Of a stretch of DNA of 64,000 nt, positions 23,601 through 37,394 are shown one piece after another; the stretch's first letter is position 1; each line of letters starts with the position of its first letter. The DNA lies in the NCBI RefSeq assembly GCF_009914755.1, contig NC_060933.1; one strand, written 5' to 3'. The notes beneath the pieces are model-generated. The model had not been told where the DNA came from, searched no databases, and worked only from the letters and a program-made list of their open reading frames with translations. Both the position numbers and the translations under genes were made by a program. The stretch comes from the human T2T-CHM13v2.0 reference genome, Homo sapiens.

Positions 23601-26600
23601 GATGATTCCATTCCATTGCATTCCATTCCATTCCATTCCCCTGTACTCGGGTTGATTCCATTCCATTCTATTCCAATCCATGCCATTCCACTCGTGTTGA
23701 TTCCATTCTTTCCATTCCATTCAAGTTGAATCCATTCCATTGCATTCCATTCCATTCCATTCCCCTGCTGTCGGGTTGACTCCATTCCATTCCATTCCTT
23801 TCCATTCCATTCCATTCCATTCCGTTCCGTTCCGTTCCATTCCATTCCATTCTATTCGGGTTAATTCCATTCCATTCCATTCCATTCCATTCCATTCCAA
23901 TCGAGTTGATTCCATTCCATTCCGTTCCATTCCATTCCACTCCATTCCAGTCCTTTCCATTCCATTCCACTCGTGTTGATTCCATTCCCTTCCATTCCAT
24001 TCCATACCATTCCATTCCATTCCATTCCGTTCCATTCCGTTCCATTCCATTCCATTCCATTCTATTCGGATTAATTCCATTCCATTCCATTCCATTCCAT
24101 TCTATTCCATTCCATTGCAATCGAGTTGAATCCATTGCATTTCATTCCATTCCATTCCATTCCATTCCATTCCAGAAGTTTCCATTCCATTGCATTCCAT
24201 TCCATTCCATTCCATTCCGGTCCTTTCCATTCCATTCCATTCCATTCCGTTCCGTTCCATTCCATTCCATTCCATTCTATTCTGGTTAATTCCATTCCAT
24301 TCCATTCCATTCCATTCCATTCCATTCCATTCCATTCCATTCCGTTCCATTCCGGAAGATTCCATTCCATTGCATTCCATTCCATTCCATTCCCCTGCAC
24401 TCGCGTTGATTCCATTCCATTCCATTCCATTCCATTCCATTCCATTCCATTCCATTCCATTCCTTTCCGTTCCATTCCATTCCGTTCCGTTCCGTTCCGT
24501 TCCGTTCCGTTCCATTCCATTCCATTCCATTCTATTCGGGTTAATTCCATTCCATTCCATTCGATTGCAATCGAGTTGATTCCATTCCATTCCATTCCAT
24601 TCCATTCCATTCCATTCCATTCCATTCCTTTCCATTCCATTACGGATGATTCCATTCCATTGCATTCCATTCCATTCCATTCCCCTGTACTCGGGTTGAT
24701 TCCATTCCATTCCATTCCAATCTATGCCATTCCACTCGTGTTGATTCCATTCTTTCCATTCCATTCAAGTTGAATCCATTCCATTGCATTCCATTCCATT
24801 CCATTCCCCTGCAGTCGGGTTGTCTCCATTCCATTCCATTCCATTCCATTCCATTCCATTCCATTCCGTTCCATTCCATTTCATTACATTCAGATTGATT
24901 CTATTCAATTCCCTTACACTCCATTATATTCCAATCCACTCTGGTTGTCTCCATTCCATTCCATTCCATTTCACTCCATTCCATTGCACTCGGGTTGATT
25001 CCATTCCATTCCATTCCATTGCATTCCATTCCATTCCATTCCGGATGATTCCATTCCATTGAATTCCATTCCATTCCATTCCCCTGCACTCGGGTTGATT
25101 CCATTCCATTCCATTCCATTACATTCCGTTCCATTCCATTCCATTCCATTCGGATTGATTCTATTCAATTCCCTTACACTCCATTACATTCCATTCCATT
25201 CGGGTAGTTTCCATTCCATTCCATTCCTTTCCATTCCATTGCACTCGGGTTGATTCCATTCCATTGCATTCCATTCCATTATATTACATTCCATTCCATT
25301 CCGTTCCATTGTACTCGGGTTGATTCCATTCCATTGCATTCCATTCCATTCCATTCCATTCCATTCCATTCCATTCCATTCCATTCCGTTCCATTCCATT
25401 ACATTCGGATTGATTCTATGCAACTCCCTTACTCTCCATTACATTCCATTCCATTCGGGTTGTTCCATTCCATTCCATTCCATTCCACTCCATTCCATTG
25501 CGCTCGGGTTGATTCCATTCAATTCCATTCCATTCCATTCCATTCCATTCCATTCCGGATGATTCCATTCCATTGCATTCCGTTCCATTACATTCCCCTG
25601 CACTCGGGTTGATTCCATTCCATTCCATTCCATTCCATTCGATTCCATTCCATTCCAATTCTTTCCATTCCATTCTATTCCGTACCATTCCATTCCATTC
25701 CATACAATTCCATTCCATTCCATTCCACTCCGTTCCGTTCCGTTCCGTTCTGTTCCGTTCCATTCCATTCCATTCCATTCTATTCGGTTTAATTCCATTC
25801 CATTCCATTCCATTCCATTCTATTCCATTCCATTGCAATCGAGTTGAATCCATTGCATTCCACTCCATTCCATTCCATTCCATTCCATTCCATTCCGGAA
25901 GATTCCATTCCATTCCATTCCATTCCATTCCATTCCATTCCATTCCATTCCATTGTACTCGGGTTGATTCTATTCCATTGCATTCCATTCCATTCCATTC
26001 CATTCCATTCCATTCCGTTCCATTCCATTCCATTACATTCGGATTGATTCTTTTCAACTCCCTTACTCTCCATTACATTCCATTCCATTCGGGTTGTTCC
26101 ATTCCATTCTTTCCATTCCACTCCATTCCATTGCACTCGGGTTGATTCCATTCCATTCCATTCCATTCCATTCCGGATGATTCCATTCCATTGCATTCCG
26201 TTCCATTACGTTCCCCTGCACTCGGGTTGATTCCATTCCATTCCTTTCCATTCCATTCGATTCCATTCCATTCCCCTGCACTCGCGTTGATTCCATTCCA
26301 TTCCATTCCGTTCCATTCCATTCCATTCCATTCCTTTCCGTTCCATTCCATTCCATTCCGTTCCATTCCGTTCCGTTCCATTCCATTCCATTCCATTCTA
26401 TTCGGGTTAATTCCATTCCATTCCATTCGATTGCAATCGAGTTGATTCCATTCCATTCCATTCCATTCCATTCCATTCCAGTCCTTTCCATTCCTTTCCA
26501 TTCCATTACTGATGATTCCATTCCATTGCATTCCATTCCATTCCATTCCCCTGTACTCGGGTTGATTCCATTCCATTCCATTCCAATCCATGCCATTCCA

Positions 26601-27620
26601 CTCGTGTTGATTCCATTCTTTCCTTTCCTTTCAAGTTGAATCCATTCCATTACATTCTATTCCATTCGATTCCATTCGATTGCACTCGGGTTGATTCCAT
26701 TCCATTCCATTCCATTCCATTCCATTCCATTCCATTCCCTTCCATTCCACTCTGGTTGATTCCATTCCTTTCCTTTCCACTCGAATACATTCCCTCCTAT
26801 TCCACTCGGAACGATTCCATTCCATTCCATTCCATTCCATTCCATTCCATTCCATTCCATTCCATTCCATTTCGTTCCATTCCATTCTATTCCGTATCAT
26901 TCCATTCCATTCCATTCCATTCCATTCCATTCCATTGTACTCGGGTTGATTCCATTCCATTCCATTCCATTCCATTCCATTCCATTCCGTTGCATTCCAT
27001 TCCATTACATTCGGATTGATTCTATTCAACTCCCTTACTCTCCATTACATTCCATTCCATTCGGGTTGTTCCATTCCATTCCATTCCATTCCATTCCACT
27101 CCATTCCATTGCACTCGGGTTGATTCCATTCCATTGCATTCCATTCCATTCCATTCCGGATGATTCCATTCCATTGCATTCCGTTCCATTACATTCCCCT
27201 GCACTCGCGTTGATTCCATTCCATTCCATTCCATTCCATTCCATTCAATTCCATTCCATTACAATTCGTTCCATTCCATTCTATTCCGTACCATTCCATT
27301 CCATTCCATACCATTCCATTCCATTCCATTCCATTCCATTCCGTTCCATTCCGTTCCATTCCATTCCATTCTATTCTATTCGGATTAATTCCATTCCATT
27401 CCATTCCATTCCATTCTATTCCATTCCATTGCAATCGAGTTGAATCCATCGCATTTCATTCCATTCCATTCCATTCCATTCCATTCCGGAAGAGTCCATT
27501 CCATTGCATTCCATTCCATTCCATTCCCCTGCACTCGCGTTGATTCCATTCCATTCCATTCCATTCCATTCCATTCCATTCCATTCCGTTCCGTTCCATT
27601 CCATTCCATTCCATTCTATT

Positions 27621-30600
27621 CGGGTTAATTCCATTCCATTCCATTCGATTGCAATCGAGTTGATTCCTTTCCATTCCATTCCATTCCATTCCATTCATTT
27701 CCATTCCATTACGGATGATTCCATTCCATTGCATTCAATTCCATTCCATTCCCCTGTACTCGGGTGATTCCATTCCATTCCATTCCAATCCATGCCATTC
27801 CACTCGTGTTGATTCCATTCTTTCCATTCCATTCAACTGGAATCCATTCCATTGCATTCCATTCCATTCGATTCCATTCGATTGCACTCGGGTTGATTCC
27901 ATTCCATTGCATTCCATTCCATTCCATTCCATTCCATTCCATTCCATTCCATTCCATTCCGTTCCATTCCATTCCATTACATTCAGATTGATTCTATTCA
28001 ATTCCCTTACACTCCATTACATTCCATTCCATTCGGGTAGTTTCCGTTCCATTCCATTCCATTCCTCTCCATTCCATTCCACTCGGGTTGATTCCATTCC
28101 ATTGCATTCCATTCCATTCCATTCAATTCCATTCCGTTCCATTCCATTCCATTACATTCGGATTGATTCTATTCAACTCCCTTACTCTCCATTACATTCC
28201 ATTCCATTCGGGTTGTTCCATTCCATTCCATTCCATTCCACTCCATTCCATTGCACTCGGGTTTACTCCATTCCATTCCATTCCATTCCATTCCATTCCA
28301 TTCCATTCCATTCCATTCCGGAAGATTCCATTCCATTGCATTCCATTCCATTCCCTTCCCCTGCACTCGCGTTGATTCCATTCCATTGCATTCCATTCCA
28401 TTCCATTCCATTCCATTCCATTCCTTTCCTTTCCGTTCCATTCCATTCCATTCCATTCCATACCAATCCATTCCATTCCGTTCCGTTCCGTTCCATTCCA
28501 TTCCATTCCATTCCATTCCGGATGATTCCATTCCATTGCCTTCCGTTCCATTACATTCCCCTGCACTCGCGTTGATTCCATTCCATTCCATTCCATTCCA
28601 CTCCATTCCATTGCACTCGGGTTGATTCCATTCCATTCCATTCCATTCCATTCCATTCCATTCCATTCCATTACAATTCGTTCCATGCCATTCTATTCCG
28701 TACCATTCCATTCCATTCCATACCATTCCATTCCATTCCATTCCATTCCATTCCGTTCCATTCCGTTCCATTCCATTCCATTCCATTCTATTCGGATTAA
28801 TTCCATTCCATTCCATTCCATTCCATTCTATTCCATTCCATTGCAATCGAGTTGAATCCATTGCATTTCATTCCATTCCATTCCATTCCATTCCATTCCG
28901 GAAGATTCCATTCCATTGCATTCCATTCCATTCCATTCCCCTGCACTCGCGTTGATTCCATTCCATTCCATTCCATTCCATTCCATTCCGTTCCGTTCCA
29001 TTCCATTCCATTCCATTCCATTCCATTCCATTCCGTTCCGTTCCGTTCCATTCCATTCCATTCCATTCTATTCGGGTTAATTCCATTCCATTCCATTCGA
29101 TTGCAATCGAGTTGTTTCCATTTCGTTCCATTCCATTCCATTCCATTCCATTCCATTCCATTCCTTTCCATTCCATTACGGATGATTCCATTCCATTGCA
29201 TTCCATTCCATTCCATTCCCCTGTACTCGGGTTGTTTCCCTTCCATTCCATTCCAATCCATGCCATTCCACTCGTGTTGATTCCACTCTTTCCATTCCAT
29301 TCAAGTTGAATCCATTCCATTGCATTCCATTCCATTCGATTCCATTCGATTGCACTCGGGTTGATTCCATTCCATTGCATTCCAATCCATTCCATTCCAT
29401 TCCATTCCATTCCATTCCATTCCATTCCGTTCCATTCGATTCCATTACATTCGGATTGATTCTATTCAATTCCCTTACACTCCATTACATTCCATTCCAT
29501 TCGGGTAGTTTCCATTCCATTCCATTCCATTCCTCTCCATTCCATTGCACTCGGGTTGATTCCATTCCATTGCATTCCATTCCATTCCATTCAATTCCAT
29601 TCCGTTCCATTCCATTCCATTACATTCGGATTGATTCTATTCAACTCCCTTACTCTCCATTCCATTCCATTCCATTCGGGTTGTTCCATTCCATTCCATT
29701 CCATTCCACTCCATTCCATTGCACTCGGGTTGATTCCATTCCATTCCATTCCATTCCATTCCATTCCATTCCATTCCATTCCGGAAGATTCCATTCCATT
29801 GCATTCCATTCCATTCCATTCCCCTGCACTCGCGTTGATTCCATTCCATTCCATTCTATTCCATTCCATTCCCTTCGTTTCCGTTCCATTCCATTCCATT
29901 CCATTCCATTCCGTTCCGTTCCATTCCATTCCATTCTATTCGGGTTAATTCCATTCCATTCCATTCGATTGCAATCGAGTTGATTCCATTCCATTCCATT
30001 CCATTCCATTCCATTCCATTCCATTCCATTCCTCTCCATTCCATTGACCTCAGGTTGATTCCATTCCATTACATTCCATTCCATTCCATTCAATTCCATT
30101 CCGTTCCATTCCATTCCATTACATTCGGATTGATTCTATTCAACTCCCTTACTCTCCTTTACATTCCATTCCATTCGGGTTGTTCCATTCCATTCCACTC
30201 CATTCCATTGCACTCGGGTTTATTCCATTCGATTCCATTCCATTCCATTCCATTCCGGAAGATTCCATTCCATTGCATTCCATTCCATTCCATTCCCCAG
30301 CACTCGCGTTGATTCCATTCCATTCCATTCCATTCCATTCCATTCCATTCCATTCCATTCCTTTCCGTTCCATTCCATTCCATTCCATTCCATTCCAATC
30401 CATTCCATTCCGTTCCGTTCCGTTCCGTTCCATTCCATTCCATTCCATTCCATTCTATTCGGGTTAATTCCATTCCATTCCATTCGATTGCAATCGAGTT
30501 GATTCCATTCCATTCTATTCCATTCCATTCCATTCCTTTCCATTCCTTTACGGATGATTCCATTCCATTGCATTCCATTCCATTCCATTCCCCTGTACTC

Positions 30601-33600
30601 GGGTTGATTCCATTCCATTCCATTCCAATCCATGCCATTCCACTCGTGTTGATTCCATTCTTTCCATTCCATTCAAGTTGAATCCATTCCATTGCATTCC
30701 ATTCCATTCGATTCCATTCGATTGCACTCGGGTTGATTCCATTCCATTGCATTCCATTCCATTCCATTCAATTCCATTCCATTCCATTCCATTCCGTTCC
30801 ATTCCATTCCATTACATTCGGATTGATTCTATTCAATTCCCTTACACTCCATTACATTCCATTCCATTCGTGTAGTTTCCATTCCATTCCATTCCATTCC
30901 TCTCCATTCCATTGACCTCGGGTTGATTTCATTCCATTGCATTCCATTCCATTCCATTCAATTCCATTCCGTTCCATTCCACTCCGTTACATTCGGATTG
31001 ATTCTATTCAACTCCCTTACTCTCCATCACATTCCATTCCATTCGGGTTGTTCCATTCCATTCCATTCCATTCCACTCGATTCCATTGCACTCGGGTTTA
31101 TTCCATTCCATTCCATTCCATTCCATTCCATTCCATTCCATTCCTTTCCATTCCATTCCATTCCATTCCATTCCAATCCATTCCATTCCATTCCGTTCCG
31201 TTCCGTTCCATTCCATTCCATTCCATTCCATTCTATTAGGGTTAATTCCATTCCATTCCATTCGATTGCAATCGAGTTGATTCCATTCCATTCCATTCCA
31301 TTCCATTCCATTCCATTCCATTCCATTCCATTTCGTTCCATTCCATTCTATTCCGTATCATTCCATTCCATTCCATTCCATTCCATTCCATTCCATTCCA
31401 TTCCATTCCATTGTACTCGGGTTGATTCAATTCCATTGCATTCCCTTCCATTCCATTCCATTCCATTCCGTTGCATTCCATTCCATTACATTCGGATTGA
31501 TTCTATTCAACTCCCTTACTCTCCAATACATTCCATTCCATTCGGGTTGTTCCATTCCATTCCATTCCATTCCACTCCATTCCATTGCACTCGGGTTGAT
31601 TCCATTCCATTCCATTCCATTCCATTCCAGTCCATTCCGGATGATTCCATTCCATTGCATTCCGTTCCATTACATTCCCCTGCACTCGCGTTGATTCCAT
31701 TCCATTGCATTCAATTCCTTTCCATTACAATTCGTTCCATTCCATTCTATTCCGTACCATTCCATTCCATTCCATACCATTCCATTCCATTGCTTTCCAT
31801 TCCATTCCATTCCGTTCCATTCCGTTCCATTCCATTCCATTCCATTCTATTCGAATTAATTCCATTCCATTCCATTCTATTCCATTCCATTCCATTGCAA
31901 TCGAGTTGAATCCATTGCATTTCATTCCATTCCATTCCATTCCATTCCATTCCGAAAGATTCCATTCCATTGCATTCCATTCCATTCCATTCCCCTGCAC
32001 TCGCGTTGATTCCATTCCATTCCATTCTATTCCATTCCATTCCCTTCCTTTCCGTTCCATTCCATTCCATTCCATTCCATTCCGTTCCGTTCCATTCCAT
32101 TCCATTCTATTCGGGTTAATTCCATTCCATTTCATTCGATTGCAATCGAGTTGATTCCATTCCATTCCATTCCATTCCATTCCATTCCATTCCATTCCTT
32201 TCCATTCCATTACGGATGATTCCATTCCATTGCATTCCATTCCATTCCATTCCCCTGTACTCGGGTTGATTCCATTCCATTCCATTCAAATCCATGCCAT
32301 TCCACTCGTGTTGATTCCATTCTTTCCATTCCATTCAAGTTGAATCCATTCCATTGCATTCCATTCCATTCGATTCCATTGGATTGCACTCGGGTTGATT
32401 CCATTCCATTGCATTCCATTCCATTCCATTCCATTCCATTCCATTCCATTCCATTCCCTTCCATTCCATTCCATTACATTCGGATTGATTCTATTCAATT
32501 CCCTTACACTCCATTACATTCCATTCCATTCGTGTAGTTTCCATTCCATTCCATTCCATTCCTCTCCATTCCATTGACCTCGGGTTGATTCCATTCCATT
32601 GCATTCCATTCCATTCCATTCAATTCCATTCCGTTCCATTCCACTCCATTACATTCGGATTGATTCTATTCAACTCCCTTACTCTCCATTACATTCCATT
32701 CCATTCGGGTTGTTCCATTCCATTCCATTCCATTCCACTCCATTCCATTGCACTCGGGTTTATTCCATTCCATTCCATTCAATTCCATTCCATTCCTTTC
32801 CATTCCATTCCATTCCTTTCCATTCCATTCCATTCCATTCCATTCCAATCCATTCCATTCCATTCCGTTCCGTTCCGTTCCATTCCATTCCATTCCATTC
32901 CATTCTATTAGGGTTAATTCCATTCCATTCCATTCGATTGCAATCGAGTTGATTCCATTCCATTCCATTCCATTCCATTCCATTCCATTCCATTCCTTTC
33001 CATTCCATTATGGATGATTCCATTCCTTTGCATTCCATTCCATTTCATTCCCCTCTACTCGGGTTGATTCCATTCCATTCCATTCCAATCCATGCCATTC
33101 CACTCGTGTTGATTCCATTCTTTCCATTCCATTCAAGTTGAATCCATTCCATTGCATTCCATTCCATTCCATTCCCCTGGAGTCGGGTTGTTTCCATTCC
33201 ATTCCATTCCATTCCATTCCATTCCATTCCATTCCATTCCATGCCGTTCCGTTCCATTCCATTCCATTCCATTCTATTCGGGTTAATTCCATTCTATTCC
33301 ATTCCATTCCATTCCATTCCATTCCATTCCAATCGAGTTGATTCCATTCCATTCCATTCCATTCCATTCCACTCCATTCCAGTCCTTTCCATTCCATTCC
33401 ACTCGGGTTGATTCCAATGTATTCCTTTCCATTCCATTCCATTCCATTGCAATCGAGTTGATTCCATTTCCTTGCATTCCATTCCATTCCATTCCATTCC
33501 GGATGATTCCATTCCATTGCATTCCATTCCATTCCATTCCCCTGCACTCGGGTTGATTCCATTCCATTCCACTCCATTCCATTCCATTCCATTCCATTAC

Positions 33601-36600
33601 AATCGAGTTGATTCCATTCCATTCCATTCCAGTCCTTTCCATTCCATGCCTCTCGGGTTGATTCCATTCTATTAGTTTCCATTCCATTCCATTCCCTTCC
33701 ATTCCACTCTGGTTGATTCCATTCCTTTCCATTCCACTCGAATACATTCCCTCCTATTCCACTCGGAATGATTCCATTCCATTCCATTCCATTCCATTCC
33801 ATTCCATTCCATTCCATTCCATTTCGTTCCATTCCATTCTATTCCGTATCATTCCATTCCATTCCATTCCATTCCATTCCATTCCATTCCATTGTACTCG
33901 GGTTGATTCAATTCCATTGCATTCCATTCCATTCCATTCCATTCCATTCCGTTGCATTCCATTCCATTACATTCGGATTGATTCTATTCAACTCCCTTAC
34001 TCTCCATTACATTCCATTCCATTCGGGTTGTTCCATTCCATTCCATTCCATTCCACTCCATTCCATTGTACTCGGGTTGATTCCATTCCATTCCATTCCA
34101 TTCCAGTCCATTCCGGATGATTCCATTCCATTGCATTCTGTTCCATTACATTCCCCTGCACTCGCGTTGATTCCATTCCATTCCATTCAATTCCTTTCCA
34201 TTACAATTCGTTCCATTCCATTCTATTCCGTACCATTCCATTCCATTCCATACCATTCCATTCCATTGCTTTCCATTCCATTCCATTCCGTTCCATTCCG
34301 TTCCATTCCATTCCATTCCATTCTATTCGAATTAATTCCATTCCATTCCATTCTATTCCATTCCATTCCATTGCAATCGAGTTGAATCCATTGCATTTCA
34401 TTCCATTCCATTCCATTCCATTCCATTCCGGAAGATTCCATTCCATTGCATTCCATTCCATTCCATTCCCCTGCACTCGCGTTGATTCCATTCCATTCCA
34501 TTCCATTGCGTTCCGTTCCATTCCATTCCATTCCATTCCATTCTATTCGGGTTAATTCCATTCCATTCCATTCGATTGCAATCGAGTTGATTCCATTCCA
34601 TTCCATTCCATTCCATTCCATTCCATTCCATTCCTTTCCATTCCATTACGGATCATTCCATTCCATTGCATTCCATTCCATTCCATTCTCCTGTACTCGG
34701 GTTGATTCCATTCCATTCCATTCCAATCCATGCCATTCCACTCGTGTTGATTCCATTCTTTCCATTCCATTCAAGTTGAATCCATTCCATTGCATTCCAT
34801 TCCATTCGATTCCATTCGATTGCACTCGGGTTGATTCCATTCCATTGCATTCCATTCCATTCCAATCCATTCCATTCCATTCCATTCCATTCCGTTCCAT
34901 TCCATTCCATTCCATTCCATTCCATTCCGTTCCATTCCATTCCATTACATTCGGATTGATTCTATTCATTTCCCTTACACTGCATTACATTCCATTCCAT
35001 TCGGGTAGTTTCCATTACATTCCATTCCATTCCTCTCCATTCCATTGAACTCGGGTTGATTCCATTCCATTGCATTCCATTCCATTCCATTCAATTCCAT
35101 TCCGTTCCATTCCATTCCATTACATTCGGATTGATTCTATTCAACTCCCTTACTCTCCATTACATTCCATTCCATTCGGGTTGTTCCATTCCATTCCATT
35201 CCATTCCACTCCATTCCATTGCACTCTGCTTGATTCCATTCCATTCCATTCCATTCCATTCCGTTCCATTCCGGAAGATTCCATTCCATTGCATTCCATT
35301 CCATTCCATTCCCCTGCACTCGCGTTGATTCCATTCCATTGCATTCCATTCCATTCCATTCCATTCCATTCCTTTCCATTCCATTACGGATTATTCCTTT
35401 CCATTGCATTCCATTCCATTCCATTCCCCTGTACTCGGGTTGATTCCATTCCATTGCATTGCAATCCATGCCCTTCCACTCGTGTTGATTCCATTCTTTC
35501 CTTTCCATTCAAGTTGAATCCATTCCATTGCATTCCATTCCATTCGATTCCATTCGATTGCACTCGGGTTGATTCCATTCCATTGCATTCCATTCCATTC
35601 CATTGCATTCCATTCAATTCCATTCCGTTCCATTCCATTCCATTCCATTCGGACTGATTCTATTCAATTCCCTTACACTCCATTACATTCCATTCCATTC
35701 GGGTAGTTTCCATTCCATTCCATTCCATTCCTCTCCATTCCATTGCACTCGGGTTGATTCCATTCCATTGCATTCCATTCCATTCCATTCAATTCCATTC
35801 CGGTCCATTCCATTCCATTACATTCGGATTGATTCTATTCAACTCCCTTACTCTCCATTACATTCCATTCCATTCGGGTTGTTCCATTCCATTCCATTCC
35901 ATTCCACTCCATTCCATTGCACTCGGGTTTATTCCATTCCATTCCATTCCATTCCATTCCATTCCATTCCATTCCATTCCATTCCATTCCGGAAGATTCC
36001 ATTCCATTGCATTCCATTCCATTCCATTCCCCTGTACTCGGGTTGATTCCATTCCATTCCATTCCAATCCATGCCATTCCACTCGTGTTGATTCCATTCT
36101 TTCCATTCCATTCAAGTTGAATCCATTCCATTGCATTCCATTCCATTCCATTCCCCTGCAGTCGGGTTGTTTCCATTCCATTCCATTCCATTCCATTCCA
36201 TTCCATTCCATTCCGTTCCGTTCCGTTCCATTCCATTCCATTGCATTCTATTCGGGTTAATTCATTCCATTCCATTCCATTCCATTCCATTCCATTCCAT
36301 TCCAATCGAGTTGATTCCATTCCATTCCATTCCACTCCATTCCAGTCCTTTCCATTCCATTCCACTCGGGTTGATTCCAATGTATTCCTTTCCATTCCAT
36401 TCCATTCCATTGCAATGGAGTTGATTCCATTGCTTTGCATTCCATTCCATTCCATTCCATTCCGGATGATTCCATTCCATTGCATTCCATTCCATTCCAT
36501 TCCCCTGCACTCGGGTTGATTCCATTCCATTCCACTCCATTCCGTTCCATTCCATTCCATTGCATTGTATTCGGGTTAATTCCATTCCATTCCATTCCAT

Positions 36601-37394
36601 TCCATTTCATTCCATTACAATCGAGTTGATTACATTCCATTCCATTCCAATCGAGTTGATTCCATTCCATTCCATTCCATTCCAGTCCTTTCCATTCCAT
36701 TCCTCCCGGGTAGATTCCATTCTATTAGTTTCCATTCCATTCCATTCCCTCCCATTCCACTCTGGTTGATTCCATTCCTTTCCATTCCACTCGAATACAT
36801 TCCCTCCTATTCCACTCGGAACGATTTCATTCCATTCCATTCCATTCCATTCCATTCCATTCCATTCCATTTCGTTCCATTCCATTCTATTCCGTATCAT
36901 TCCATTCCATTCCATTCCCTTCCATTCCATTCCATTCCATTCCATTCCATTGTACTCGGGTTGATTCCATTCCATTGCATTCCATTCCATTCCATTCCAT
37001 TCCATTCCGTTGCATTCCATTCCATTACATTCGGATTGATTCTATTCAACTCCCTTACTCTCCATTACATTCCATTCCATTCGGGTTGTTCCATTCCATT
37101 CCATTCCATTCCTCTCCATTCCATTGCACTCGGGTTGATTCCATTCCATTGCATTCCATTCCTTTCCATTCAATTCCATTCCTTTCCATTCCATTCCATT
37201 ACATTCGGATTGATTCTATTCAACTCCCTTACTCTCCATTACATTCCATTCCATTCGGGTTGTTCCATTCCATTCCATTCCATTCCACTCCATTCCATTG
37301 CACTCGGGTTGATTCCATTCCATTCCATTCCATTCCATTCCATTCCGGAAGATTCCATTCCATTGCATTCCATTCCATTCCATTCCCCTGCACT
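27621..37394 (+). repeat. ~9.75 kb tandem duplication, copy 1 (9774 bp)
   Basis: Colinear with 37395-47143, including private variants (CGGGTGATT, CAACTGGAATCC, GAGTTGTTTCC, CCCCAGCAC, CCCCTGGAGTC, GCACTCTGCTTG, CCCGGGTAGATT). ORF offsets are 9774, 9749, 9754, 9749. Confidence 0.95.

Noticed and set aside
31236-31241. Telomeric hexamer TTAGGG (also ~32908, ~40985, ~42657)
   Set aside because: It is a single C>A variant of the TTCGGG spacer, copied by the nested duplications, and is never tandem.
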